Positions 48,113 to 57,381 are shown, numbered from the stretch's first letter. The stretch is 64,000 bases of DNA from an uncultured Planctomycetales bacterium (GCA_964583975.1 CAZOXU010000007.1:11051-75050), one strand, 5' to 3'. The notes: a model not told the origin generated them from the letters alone. Numbers and translations: made by a program.

Positions 48113-49353
48113 TCCAGCGCCTGTTTTATGCCAGCTGTGGTAGCTTTCACTCGCAAATCAAACAATTCGTTGCCACTGACTCCCTTAGATACATAATTTT
48201 GGATCAGCTTAGCATTGTCAGCGGCTTTGGGATGTTCGATCATATCTTCCATTGGAACACTGACTCCTAGAAAAGCCTCTACATCAAAGTTCAGCTCATG
48301 GCGCAAGAAACTGCCATCAGCTTGCTTCTTAGATAACAACATCTTCACCGGTCTTTTCAAAGGAAAAGCAATAGAACCTTCAATCCCATTTCGCACAATC
48401 ACAATTTTCTTAAAACCAGCCCGCTCGGCAATGGTCATCATCTTCTCTCCATAAGGCGGATGAAAGGCTGAGGCGATTAGAATGTCTGCCTGAGCCGGAT
48501 TGACGAATCTCTCAAGGGTTGAAAGAAAAGGTCTTTTGATCGTCTGGCGGCGGATACCTACCCATCGATCCAAAGCCTGGGAAAGGTCTGATTGATGAAA
48601 AAACCATCCAAAAGCTGGCTCAGGTCTAGCTAAATCAGCATTTCCCGAGGCAGGCTGCGCTTGTAATTCTTGGGCAATGTCCCACAAATTCATCTCGAGC
48701 TTAGGACCGCTGTTCTTACCAACCATATGAATAGCTCGATAACCCAAACTTTGAATCGACCGAGCCACTAATGGAGTAATCATATATGAATGATCGACCC
48801 CATCAAAAGGCTCAGCGAGCTGGACAACTGGCGCTCCAGCTGGAACCGGCTGCTTAAAAGACTCGCTAAGAGTCTCATGAATAGCCTGCAAAATACCTTC
48901 ATATTCATCATCGGTTTCATAACGTACGCGTAGAAAACTTGCCACCAAACCTCTAGCACCATCCCCTGGCTCGGTAGAAAACAAAAATCGGCCTAAATCA
49001 TACGCTGTTGCTCTATCCAGCGTATGTCCGGTAATTAACTGCAGGCAAACCCAGCGCACAAAATCTGGAGCATCCCAGGCGATCGAATGAACTAATTTCT
49101 GAGGATCAGCAAAGATTCCCTCTGGAAAGGCGCCAGCTAAAACTTGTTCCTGAGGTTCTATACCCTTGGCCAGCAGCCCAGCAAAAAAAGCCCCTTTGGC
49201 CGCATCAGAAACCTTATTTGCTTTGAAATCTTCAATGATCGCCAAGGCCACCTCGGCAGGTAAAGGCTGAGACCCTTTTTTACCAACCCCGACGGTCTTA
49301 ATTCCCTTCACAATCGCTGGATCTGTATCTGCGTATCGAATCATGAGGGGCAT
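48100..49353 (-). CDS. TrpD/YbiB-like (glycosyl transferase family 3 fold) protein, function unknown
   Basis: N-terminal helical LPAEVALAIIEDFKANKVSDAAKGAFFAGLLAKG resembles the TrpD/TrpD2 helical bundle. Start likely MPLMIRY rather than the ORF-track Met. Confidence 0.35.
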   Translation of the reverse strand: MPLMIRYADTDPAIVKGIKTVGVGKKGSQPLPAEVALAIIEDFKANKVSDAAKGAFFAGLLAKGIEPQEQVLAGAFPEGIFADPQKLVHSIAWDAPDFVRWVCLQLITGHTLDRATAYDLGRFLFSTEPGDGARGLVASFLRVRYETDDEYEGILQAIHETLSESFKQPVPAGAPVVQLAEPFDGVDHSYMITPLVARSIQSLGYRAIHMVGKNSGPKLEMNLWDIAQELQAQPASGNADLARPEPAFGWFFHQSDLSQALDRWVGIRRQTIKRPFLSTLERFVNPAQADILIASAFHPPYGEKMMTIAERAGFKKIVIVRNGIEGSIAFPLKRPVKMLLSKKQADGSFLRHELNFDVEAFLGVSVPMEDMIEHPKAADNAKLIQNYVSKGVSGNELFDLRVKATTAGIKQALEWLC

Positions 49354-49378
49354 TATACTGTATTTGCCTAAAAAGTAA

Positions 49379-49393
49379 ATTTGGATATAATAG
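49379..49393 (+). promoter_or_regulatory. AATTTGGATATAAT extended -10-like promoter element, copy 1
   Basis: TATAAT followed 7 nt later by ATG of an 8-codon ORF (MHYPPNAY). Same 14-mer recurs at 49834-49847. Confidence 0.4.
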
Positions 49394-49507
49394 CGCCTAT
49401 GCATTACCCCCCTAATGCATATTAACTAACAACTTTCCGTTCTATTTACCTTAGTTCACCCCCAACTATCTTTCACGCCAACGGATTCAAACGAAAGGAA
49501 CCGATGG

Positions 49508-49708
49508 ATGATTAAAGTAAAAAAAGAAACATTAGAATTTATAGCAAGATACCTTGGCGACTTAAGTAAAGCCATTATTACGGTTGGTTTTGCGAGTTAT
49601 TTCTTCAAAGATATGCCATTATTATGGAGATATGGTTGTGGGGCCATTGCAATTGTATTTCTTTTAATCAGTGTTATACTCATAGACAGAAAAGGAGAAA
49701 GATTATGA
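49508..49708 (+). CDS. Small hydrophobic protein (66 aa, two TM)
   Basis: ORF with two hydrophobic helices. A second 32-codon hydrophobic ORF follows at 49706-49804. Confidence 0.2.
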   Translation: MIKVKKETLEFIARYLGDLSKAIITVGFASYFFKDMPLLWRYGCGAIAIVFLLISVILIDRKGERL

Positions 49709-49830
49709 TAATGTTTGCTACTTGTATGATTATCGCAGCTTTTGGTATTTATGTTATTTGGCTAGATAGTCAACAACAAAAGAAATCAAAAACTCATAAA
49801 TAACCTCCTGCCGAACAATTTGCATAAATT

Positions 49831-50838
49831 ATGAATTTGGATATAATGGGGCCCATGAAAATTGGCCCCATTTCTATTAATCAGTCTCTCGCGCTCGCAC
49901 CCATGGAAGATGTTACCGAACTTCCCTTTCGCGTCATTTGCAAACGTCTGGGTGCAGACTTAGTCTACACAGAATTTACAGCCTCCGAGGCACTCATCCG
50001 CGAGATTCCTAAAGCCTTACATAAAATTGAAATCATGGAAGAAGAACGCCCCGTAGCCATTCAAATCTTTGGTGGACGGCCTGAGGCCATGGAAGGCGCT
50101 GCCCAGGTGGTTGAACGTTTTAAACCTGATTTTATTGATATCAACTGCGGCTGCTGGGTGAAGAATCATGTGGCTCGCAATGAAGGAGCCGGACTGCTGC
50201 GCGACCTCCCCTTATTTGAAAAAATCGTCAAATCTACGGTCAAATCAACTAAACTTCCGGTAACTGTCAAAACTCGTCTAGGTTGGGATGACGATAGCAT
50301 TGTGATCATGGATGTGGCTCGGATGGTTGAACAAGCAGGTGCTAAGGCGCTCACCCTTCACTGTCGCACCCGCGCCCAGGCCCACAATGGATTTGCTGAC
50401 TGGAGCTGGCTCGAAAAAATCAAAAAAGTAATCTCAATCCCCTTACTAGGTAATGGCGATGTCACCACCCCTGAAGATGTAAAGTCAATGCTCGAGACAG
50501 GCTGCGATGGTGTCATGATCGGCCGTGGGGCGATTGCCAATCCCTGGATCTTCAAACAGGCTAAGCATTTTTTAAAAACTGGTGAAACCTTACCAGAACC
50601 ATCAGCCGAAGAACGAATCCAAACCTGCCTCGAACATTTGCGGTTGAATGTGCAATACAAAGGCGAAAAATATGGCGTACAGACCTTCCGTAAGCATTAC
50701 AGCGGTTATTTAAAAGGTCTTCCTAATATCAGCCTGGTGCGCTCTGATTTAATGCAATACACTGAGCAAGAACAAATCTTGAATCGTTTCAAAAAATATT
50801 TACAAGAATCTGAGAATCTAATCCATGCAAAAATTTGA
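49831..50838 (+). CDS. dusB: tRNA-dihydrouridine synthase
   Basis: LAPMEDVTELPFR...IDINCGC FMN/TIM-barrel Dus motifs. The true start may be ATG at 49855 (see promoter-motif finding). Confidence 0.85.
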   Translation: MNLDIMGPMKIGPISINQSLALAPMEDVTELPFRVICKRLGADLVYTEFTASEALIREIPKALHKIEIMEEERPVAIQIFGGRPEAMEGAAQVVERFKPDFIDINCGCWVKNHVARNEGAGLLRDLPLFEKIVKSTVKSTKLPVTVKTRLGWDDDSIVIMDVARMVEQAGAKALTLHCRTRAQAHNGFADWSWLEKIKKVISIPLLGNGDVTTPEDVKSMLETGCDGVMIGRGAIANPWIFKQAKHFLKTGETLPEPSAEERIQTCLEHLRLNVQYKGEKYGVQTFRKHYSGYLKGLPNISLVRSDLMQYTEQEQILNRFKKYLQESENLIHAKI

Positions 50839-52216
50839 CCTGATCACCATTGGCTCAGGCGGCGGCGCCAAACTCTCCTCCCCTGCGGCATCCATGGGAT
50901 TTAAAGTCGCTGTGATTGAAAAAGATCGTTTAGGCGGCACTTGTTTAAATCGAGGTTGCATCCCCTCTAAGATGCTTATTCACCCTGCAGATGTAGCCAT
51001 TGGTATTAAAGAAGCTAAGCGTTTTGATATCCTCAACGATCCCAAATTTAGTGTTGATTTTGCTAAACTCATTAATCGTATTTCAGCAACCGTTGATGGT
51101 GATTCTGATAAAATTGTATCTAGCTACACAAAACACCCCAATATCACCTACATCAAAGGCGAAGCCAAATTTGTAGGAAATAAAATGATTGAAGTTAACG
51201 GTGAACAGATGACGGCCGATAAAATCTTTATCGCCGTTGGAGCAAGACCTCAGATCCCCAATATTCCAGGACTCGCTGGTACACCGTTTATGACCTCCAC
51301 AGAAGCTTTGCGAAGCACCACCTTGCCTGCCTCGATGATTGTTCTAGGCGGCGGGTATATTGCCTGTGAATTAGGCCATGCCTATGGCGCTCTGGGTACT
51401 AAAACCACCTTCCTCGTTCGCTCTTTCCTGTTACGTCACGAAGACTCTGAAGTGGCTACAGAATTTCAAAAGGTATTCAGCCAATATCATGATATTCGTT
51501 TAGGCGCTACACCTACCAAGGTTGAATATAGCAATGGAGAATTTACCGTCCACTTTACCCAGTCAGGTCAAAACCAAACTATCAAGGCCCAGGCCCTTTT
51601 GGTTGCAACTGGTATTACCTGCAACAGTGATACACTGGATCTTCTAAATACAGATATTGAGATGAAAACTGGAGGCCTTGTTAAGGTCAATGAATATCTG
51701 GAAACTAATGTCGAAGGCGTCTACGCTCTGGGTGATTGCATCGGTAACTATTATTTCCGACACAGCGTGAATTTTGAAGGCGAATATCTCTTTGATTATC
51801 TCTTTGGCGGTAAGGCTAAAAAACCAATTGCTTATCCTCCTGTTCCCCATGCTGTCTTTACCCATCCTCAGATCGCAGGAGTAGGCAAAACCGAAGATGA
51901 GCTTAAAAAAGAGGGTGTGGATTTTATCGTTGGCTTAAATCCTTATAAAAGTTCAGCCATGGGTATGGCCCTTTTATCCGAGTCAGGCTTTTGCAAACTT
52001 CTTTTTGAACGTAAATCTCGCCGTCTTTTAGGTGGACATATTATTGGTGATGAGGCCTCCAACATGATTCACATGGTCATTGCCTACATGAACATGAATG
52101 CAACTCTCGATGATATGCTTCGTACTATCTATATTCATCCTGCGCTGCCTGAAATTGTTCGAAATGCAGCTCGCAAAGCAAAAACAGCTCTAGACAAAAA
52201 CGTAATTCGAATATAA
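50825..52216 (+). CDS. Pyridine nucleotide-disulfide oxidoreductase, dihydrolipoyl dehydrogenase family
   Basis: GGTCLNRGCIPSK redox-active disulfide, two Rossmann folds, C-terminal dimerisation HPALPE. 463 aa. Confidence 0.75.
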   Translation: MQKFDLITIGSGGGAKLSSPAASMGFKVAVIEKDRLGGTCLNRGCIPSKMLIHPADVAIGIKEAKRFDILNDPKFSVDFAKLINRISATVDGDSDKIVSSYTKHPNITYIKGEAKFVGNKMIEVNGEQMTADKIFIAVGARPQIPNIPGLAGTPFMTSTEALRSTTLPASMIVLGGGYIACELGHAYGALGTKTTFLVRSFLLRHEDSEVATEFQKVFSQYHDIRLGATPTKVEYSNGEFTVHFTQSGQNQTIKAQALLVATGITCNSDTLDLLNTDIEMKTGGLVKVNEYLETNVEGVYALGDCIGNYYFRHSVNFEGEYLFDYLFGGKAKKPIAYPPVPHAVFTHPQIAGVGKTEDELKKEGVDFIVGLNPYKSSAMGMALLSESGFCKLLFERKSRRLLGGHIIGDEASNMIHMVIAYMNMNATLDDMLRTIYIHPALPEIVRNAARKAKTALDKNVIRI

Positions 52217-52226
52217 AGTTTTTTAT

Positions 52227-52955
52227 ATGCGTAATTCCGAAATTGCTATTTCGATCCAAGGTCTTACAAAATTCTATAAAAAATTTCAAGCCCTTAACCA
52301 AGTCTCGTTTAATGTCCGACGCGGCGACTTTTTTGCTTTCTTGGGACCTAATGGGGCCGGCAAAACAACCACGATCAACTGCCTCACAGGCCTTTCTAAT
52401 TATCAAAGCGGACAAATCAAAGTCTTTGGCTACGATGTTGTTAATGATTACCTTCATTCTCGTCGATTAATTGGTCTTTGTGCCCAGGAATTCAATTTTG
52501 ATCCTTTTTTAACCATCTTCCAACTTTTAAGTTACCAAGCCCAGTATTTTGGTATTGCCCCTGAAGAATCACGCAGACGTGCAGGCCAAATGCTTGAACG
52601 TTTTGGTCTTTTAGACAAAAAGAATGTCAAACATCGCGCGCTCTCAGGCGGGATGAAAAAACGCCTACTCTTGTGTCGCGCCCTTATTCATGATCCTGAA
52701 ATATTAATCCTTGATGAGCCAACCGCTGGTTGTGATCTGGAATTAAAATTCCTCATTTGGGATTATCTGGCACAATTAAACAAGGAAGGTAAAACTATTT
52801 TCCTCACCACCCATTACATGGAAGAAGCTGAAAGGCTATGCAAAACCATCGGTATTATCAATCATGGACATATCGTTAAGATTGGCGATAAAAAACAAAT
52901 CTTGCAGGATAAATCGTTGGAAGAATTTTTCTTAGAAAGCACTGGTTCGGAATAA
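52227..52955 (+). CDS. ABC transporter ATP-binding protein (ABC-2/DrrA-like)
   Basis: GPNGAGKTT Walker A, LSGGMKKRL signature, ILILDEPT Walker B. Confidence 0.85.
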   Translation: MRNSEIAISIQGLTKFYKKFQALNQVSFNVRRGDFFAFLGPNGAGKTTTINCLTGLSNYQSGQIKVFGYDVVNDYLHSRRLIGLCAQEFNFDPFLTIFQLLSYQAQYFGIAPEESRRRAGQMLERFGLLDKKNVKHRALSGGMKKRLLLCRALIHDPEILILDEPTAGCDLELKFLIWDYLAQLNKEGKTIFLTTHYMEEAERLCKTIGIINHGHIVKIGDKKQILQDKSLEEFFLESTGSE

Positions 52956-52963
52956 ATGATTGT

Positions 52964-53047
52964 CATCCCCGAATGTTTCCTGCCTGCCGGCAGGCAGGTT
53001 ATCGGGCATTTAGTGTACTAGATGCCCGACTAAAGCTTTCGGGCACG
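52964..53047. repeat. Copy C of palindromic repeat plus two hairpins in the ABC ATPase-permease spacer
   Basis: TCATCCCCGAATGTTTCCTGCCTGCCGGCAGGCAGGTTATCGGGCAT is about 90% identical to copy B. Followed by CGGGCAT-N12-ATGCCCG and GCCCG-N10-CGGGC. Confidence 0.55.
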
Positions 53048-53060
53048 ACAAAATATAAAT

Positions 53061-53840
53061 ATGATACATCTCACTACCAACCCCATCGGTGTCTGGGCCC
53101 TCTCTAAAAGAGAAGTCCACCGTTTTTTATCGGTTGCCAACCAAACTCTTTTTCCACCCATCGTATCTTCGGCCTTATTTATGTATATTTTTGGTGTGGC
53201 CATTGGTTCAAGAATTAACTTTGAATCAACCGGTCTTTCTTATTTTCAATTTATTGTTCCCGGCCTCATGGCCATGCACTTAATCTCCAGCAGCTATGAA
53301 AACACTTCCTCCTCGCTCTTTATTGGCCGCTGGCACAATCATATCCAAGAAATTCTCTTAGCCCCCTTATCCTACATGGAAATGGTTTTAGGATTACTGG
53401 CAGGAGGCGTTGCTCGTGGGATTATGGTCTGTCTGGGAGTTTGGGCTGTTTCTTTATTCTTTTTGCCATCAGGCACTCTTCATCCCTTAGGACTTTTGTA
53501 TTTCATGACTACAATCTCGGTGATCTTTTCTTGCGCTGGAATGATGGGTGCTTTGTGGGCTGAAGATTTTGGGATGTTATCTCTTTGGAATATTTATTTC
53601 ATTATCCCCCTGGCTCTGATGGGTGGTGTGTTTCACCCCTTAAGCATGCTTCCTGAACCTTTACAAATCTTGTCGCATTTTAACCCTCTGTATTATCTTA
53701 TCTGTGGTATTCGATGGAGTATGACAGGTGTTAGCGATACACCTATAGCCTTATGCGCTACGGTCGCTTTTGTACTGACAGTGGTATTCTTCATCGCAAC
53801 CGTTTATCTATTTAAAATTGGCTACAAATTACGTACGTAA
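53061..53840 (+). CDS. ABC-2 family permease
   Basis: 259 aa, six TM helices. Follows the ATPase. Confidence 0.75.
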   Translation: MIHLTTNPIGVWALSKREVHRFLSVANQTLFPPIVSSALFMYIFGVAIGSRINFESTGLSYFQFIVPGLMAMHLISSSYENTSSSLFIGRWHNHIQEILLAPLSYMEMVLGLLAGGVARGIMVCLGVWAVSLFFLPSGTLHPLGLLYFMTTISVIFSCAGMMGALWAEDFGMLSLWNIYFIIPLALMGGVFHPLSMLPEPLQILSHFNPLYYLICGIRWSMTGVSDTPIALCATVAFVLTVVFFIATVYLFKIGYKLRT

Positions 53841-53965
53841 ATTAGGGACAGCTCCCTATTTTGCTTACCAAATGTCCTCCTGAGGCGTAGCCGAAGGATC
53901 TGATTTCTTAAAGATTCTTCGCTTCGCTCAGAATGACCGCTTTAAAATAGGGAGTTGTCCCTAAT
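53841..53965. repeat. 23-bp inverted repeats (ATTAGGGACAGCTCCCTATTTT / AAAATAGGGAGTTGTCCCTAAT, 1 mismatch) enclosing 78 bp with nested partial palindromes: MITE-like element or long bidirectional terminator
   Basis: Exactly fills the gap between the convergent stop codons at 53840 and 53968. Confidence 0.5.
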
Positions 53966-53967
53966 TT

Positions 53968-54222
53968 TTATGCACTAGGTGTTTTGGCTTGGATAGCCAA
54001 GGCGTGAATTTTGCCTTTAAGGGGTGAAAGCGCTTCATAGATCATGCGATGGCGATCAATCAGTTTCTTGCCTTCAAAAGCAGATGAAACAATAACTACA
54101 TTATAGTGCCCGCCTTCTTTAGCTCCAGCATGGCCTGCATGCTTAGCGCTGTCATCGATGACTTCTAAAAATTCAGGCTGAAATTGTTCTTGGAGGATAT
54201 TTTCAATCTTTGCTTTAACCAT
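53968..54222 (-). CDS. BolA-family protein
   Basis: DDSAKHAGH...HYNVVIVSSAFEG motif, 84 aa. Confidence 0.75.
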   Translation of the reverse strand: MVKAKIENILQEQFQPEFLEVIDDSAKHAGHAGAKEGGHYNVVIVSSAFEGKKLIDRHRMIYEALSPLKGKIHALAIQAKTPSA

Positions 54223-54246
54223 AGTTTGATATTATACTATACACCT

Positions 54247-55539
54247 ATGAATAAGATCACTACTGACATTAATTTTTCTCAAACTATCTGTGTCCACTGT
54301 ATTCAAAACCAACAAAAAGAAATTCATACTTGGTTAAAAGGACTTGAAAAAAACTATACCCCTATCTATAGCTCTGTAGATATCCGGGATGCTGGATTTA
54401 AAATCGCTGTAGTAGACACCAACCTATTTCCTGCAGGTTTTAATAATCTGTGTGAACATGGTATTGAAGACGCTATTATCTTCTTCAAAAATGCCATTTT
54501 AAAACGAGTCCCTACGGCGAAGAATATCCTTATCATTGCGGAAGAACATACACGCAACACCTGGTACTTAGAAAATATCCGTATCCTGCAGGAAATTATT
54601 CACAAATCAGGTTTTCAGGCCACCATCGCCACCTTCTTTCAAAATCAACCTTCTTTCTGTGAGCAAGCTGCCCATGCCATTGAACTTGAAACAGCCACCG
54701 GAAAATTTGTTAAAGTCCATTGCTTCAAACAGATCTTAGAAAAGATCAAAAACCAACAGACTAAATTTGACATGATCTTAATGAATAATGATCTCACTAG
54801 TGGTATTCCAGAAGAATTGGTTTCAGCCAATATCCCCATATTCCCTTCGATTCATGCTGGCTGGCATTCGAGATTAAAATCAGAACATTTTCGGCACACC
54901 AATAAATTAATGCAAGAATTCGCCTATATGGTGGGACTTGATCCCTGGTTATTTTCTTGTCTGTACAATCAAATTGATCATATCGACATTAATAAAGAAG
55001 CTGATAGACAAAAGCTTTATGAACAAACAAAAGACCTGTTTGCCAAAATCCAAGAGAAATATGATCAGCATAAAATCGAAGAAAAGCCTTTTGTGTTTAT
55101 CAAAGCTAACAGTGGCACCTATGGCTTAGGGGTCGTTCCTATCGAAAATCCTGAACAAGTCTTGGAATTAAATCGACGAAAACGTAACGATCTGTCTCGA
55201 GGAAAATCTTCTCAAGAAACTTCTAATTTTCTCATTCAAGAAGGTGTCCCTACAATTCATAGCATCGGCGAGAGTCCTTCAGAAGTCTGTATTTATCAGA
55301 TTGACAATAATTTGGTTGGTGGATTTTATAGATTCCATACTAATAAAAGCTCACGTGAGAATCTTAATTCTCCCGGAGGAATGAGTTTCCAAAAAATGTG
55401 TCCACATCTAGATAAATATGGTAAAGATTGTGGCATTGAACATAATTTAAACATATTTGATATTTATCGTATTATTGCTCGTATTGCTGGCGCTGCAGCC
55501 ACTGCTGAGATTAAAGAATTGGAGATTAATAAGACATGA
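54247..55539 (+). CDS. ATP-dependent ligase of unclear family, translationally coupled to gshB; candidate non-canonical gamma-glutamylcysteine ligase
   Basis: 430 aa. C-terminal FVFIKANSGTYGLGVVPIE resembles the ATP-grasp motif of the adjacent GshB (VIAKPSNSFGGQSVFHIE). The 4-nt overlap with gshB supports a shared pathway. No resemblance noticed to E. coli-type GshA. The start is moved to MNKITTD to avoid overlap with bolA. Confidence 0.3.
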   Translation: MNKITTDINFSQTICVHCIQNQQKEIHTWLKGLEKNYTPIYSSVDIRDAGFKIAVVDTNLFPAGFNNLCEHGIEDAIIFFKNAILKRVPTAKNILIIAEEHTRNTWYLENIRILQEIIHKSGFQATIATFFQNQPSFCEQAAHAIELETATGKFVKVHCFKQILEKIKNQQTKFDMILMNNDLTSGIPEELVSANIPIFPSIHAGWHSRLKSEHFRHTNKLMQEFAYMVGLDPWLFSCLYNQIDHIDINKEADRQKLYEQTKDLFAKIQEKYDQHKIEEKPFVFIKANSGTYGLGVVPIENPEQVLELNRRKRNDLSRGKSSQETSNFLIQEGVPTIHSIGESPSEVCIYQIDNNLVGGFYRFHTNKSSRENLNSPGGMSFQKMCPHLDKYGKDCGIEHNLNIFDIYRIIARIAGAAATAEIKELEINKT

Positions 55540-56471
55540 AATTTCTTTTTCTGATGGATCCACTTGAAACAGTCAAGATGGAAAAAGATACAACCTTCAT
55601 TCTCATGCTTGAGTCGTATAAGCGTGGACATGAGGTGTACTATGTGCCTAAAGGTGGTTTAAGCTTAATTGATGGAAAAGTATTCTTTAATGCGATCAAG
55701 GTCAAGCCTCAATCTATTTTGCATGAACCATTTATTGAAGAACATGTCGCTCATCTTTCCCAAGATAAAATCGATGCGGTGTTTGTCCGCCCCGACCCTC
55801 CTTTTGATGAACAATATTTGATGAATACCTGGATTTTAGATCACCTTCCTAAACACGTAGCTGTCATCAATAATCCTGCGGGTATTCGTAGCGTTAATGA
55901 AAAAGTATGGTCAGCCCAATTTACAGATCTGGTGCCCGCCACTATTATCTCGTCTAATAAGAATGATTTGTTAAACTTCGCTTTGAAACATAAAAATGTC
56001 ATCGCCAAGCCTTCAAATTCTTTTGGCGGACAATCTGTATTTCACATCGAAGAAGGGCACACTAACACCAAGGTTATTTTAGAGACCCTAAGCCAGGAAT
56101 ATTCCAAGGCCATTATCCTTCAAAAATATGTGCCTGAAGCCCGTAACGGTGATAAAAGAATTCTTCTGCTTAATGGAGAATTACTCGGGGCCGTGCTTCG
56201 TGTACACTCGAAAGGCGAACACCGCAATAATTTTTATGCTGGTGGAAAACCTAAAGCAACCAATGTTAATAAACGGGACCTTCAAATCATCAAAACATTA
56301 AAGCCGTATCTTAAAAACCTGGGGCTTTATTTGGTTGGTATCGACATACTTGGCAAATATCTAATTGAGGTCAATGTAACTTCTCCTACCTGCCTGCAAG
56401 AAATGAACACCCTTTATAATCAGCGATTGGAAGAAAAAGTCATTGATTTCGTTGAAAAATTGATAAAATGA
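55536..56471 (+). CDS. gshB: Glutathione synthetase (prokaryotic ATP-grasp type)
   Basis: 311 aa. N-terminal substrate domain MDPLE, ATP-grasp core, GIDILG near the C-terminus. Confidence 0.8.
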   Translation: MKFLFLMDPLETVKMEKDTTFILMLESYKRGHEVYYVPKGGLSLIDGKVFFNAIKVKPQSILHEPFIEEHVAHLSQDKIDAVFVRPDPPFDEQYLMNTWILDHLPKHVAVINNPAGIRSVNEKVWSAQFTDLVPATIISSNKNDLLNFALKHKNVIAKPSNSFGGQSVFHIEEGHTNTKVILETLSQEYSKAIILQKYVPEARNGDKRILLLNGELLGAVLRVHSKGEHRNNFYAGGKPKATNVNKRDLQIIKTLKPYLKNLGLYLVGIDILGKYLIEVNVTSPTCLQEMNTLYNQRLEEKVIDFVEKLIK

Positions 56472-56523
56472 TTCCTTAAATATTCACTTATGAATCATCC
56501 GCCTCTGGTGGATTACCTTAATT

Positions 56524-56766
56524 ATGCAAAACTTAACTCTTTACCATTTTAATAGCTGCCCTTATTGTCATCGTGTCAGAGAATATCTAGCTAAAGAAAA
56601 AATCTCTGTTCCCATGAAGGATATCCTAGAAAACCCTTCTTTTCGTGATGAACTCCTTAAAGTTGGAGGTAAAACCCAAGTGCCCTGCCTGGTGATTAAC
56701 GGCAAAGCTTTGTATGAATCAATGGATATTATTAAATGGTTTCAAAATAATTACAAAAGATCATGA
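56524..56766 (+). CDS. Glutaredoxin (CPYC dithiol type)
   Basis: LYHFNSCPYCHRV active site, 80 aa. Confidence 0.8.
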   Translation: MQNLTLYHFNSCPYCHRVREYLAKEKISVPMKDILENPSFRDELLKVGGKTQVPCLVINGKALYESMDIIKWFQNNYKRS

Positions 56767-57017
56767 TCGACGAAATTAAATCACGCATTGAAACTGCACT
56801 CCCCCAATCAAAAGCTTATGTGCTTGACCCTATGAACGATGGTCAACATTTACAAGCCTTTGTTGTGTCGCCTGCTTTTGAAGGATTACCTGTATTCAAA
56901 CAACAGCAAATGGTCATGACAGCTATCAAAGATGTTTTTAATACGGTTCACGCTTTAGGCTTAAAAACCTTTACTCCAGCGAAGTGGGAAGCAGCAAAAT
57001 CACAATATGGATTTTAA
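56763..57017 (+). CDS. BolA/IbaG-family protein
   Basis: 84 aa, HLQAFVVSPAFEG motif. Overlaps the grx stop. Confidence 0.65.
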   Translation: MIDEIKSRIETALPQSKAYVLDPMNDGQHLQAFVVSPAFEGLPVFKQQQMVMTAIKDVFNTVHALGLKTFTPAKWEAAKSQYGF

Positions 57018-57062
57018 TAACGTAGGGGCTAGGTAACTTAAGCCCGTACAAACAAGGAGAAA

Positions 57063-57380
57063 ATGAGCATGTTATCTGATACTCTCAAAAATCAAATCGA
57101 AAATGATATTAAGAATAATAAAATCGTTATCTTTATGAAAGGCACTGCTGACTCTCCTATGTGCGGTTTTTCAGCTCGTGCCATACAAATTCTGCAATCG
57201 TATAATGCTCCTATTAAAGATTACAATGTGCTTGCCTCAGAAGAAGTCCGCCAAGGCATCAAAGAATTTACCAACTGGCCAACTATTCCCCAAATCTTCA
57301 TTAATGGAGAATTTATTGGTGGATGCGATATCGTGACTGAAATGCACGAGAATGGCGAATTAGCAACCTTACTAAAATAA
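57063..57380 (+). CDS. grxD: Monothiol glutaredoxin Grx4/GrxD
   Basis: CGFS active site (PMCGFSARA), 105 aa. Confidence 0.9.
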   Translation: MSMLSDTLKNQIENDIKNNKIVIFMKGTADSPMCGFSARAIQILQSYNAPIKDYNVLASEEVRQGIKEFTNWPTIPQIFINGEFIGGCDIVTEMHENGELATLLK

Positions 57381-57381
57381 A

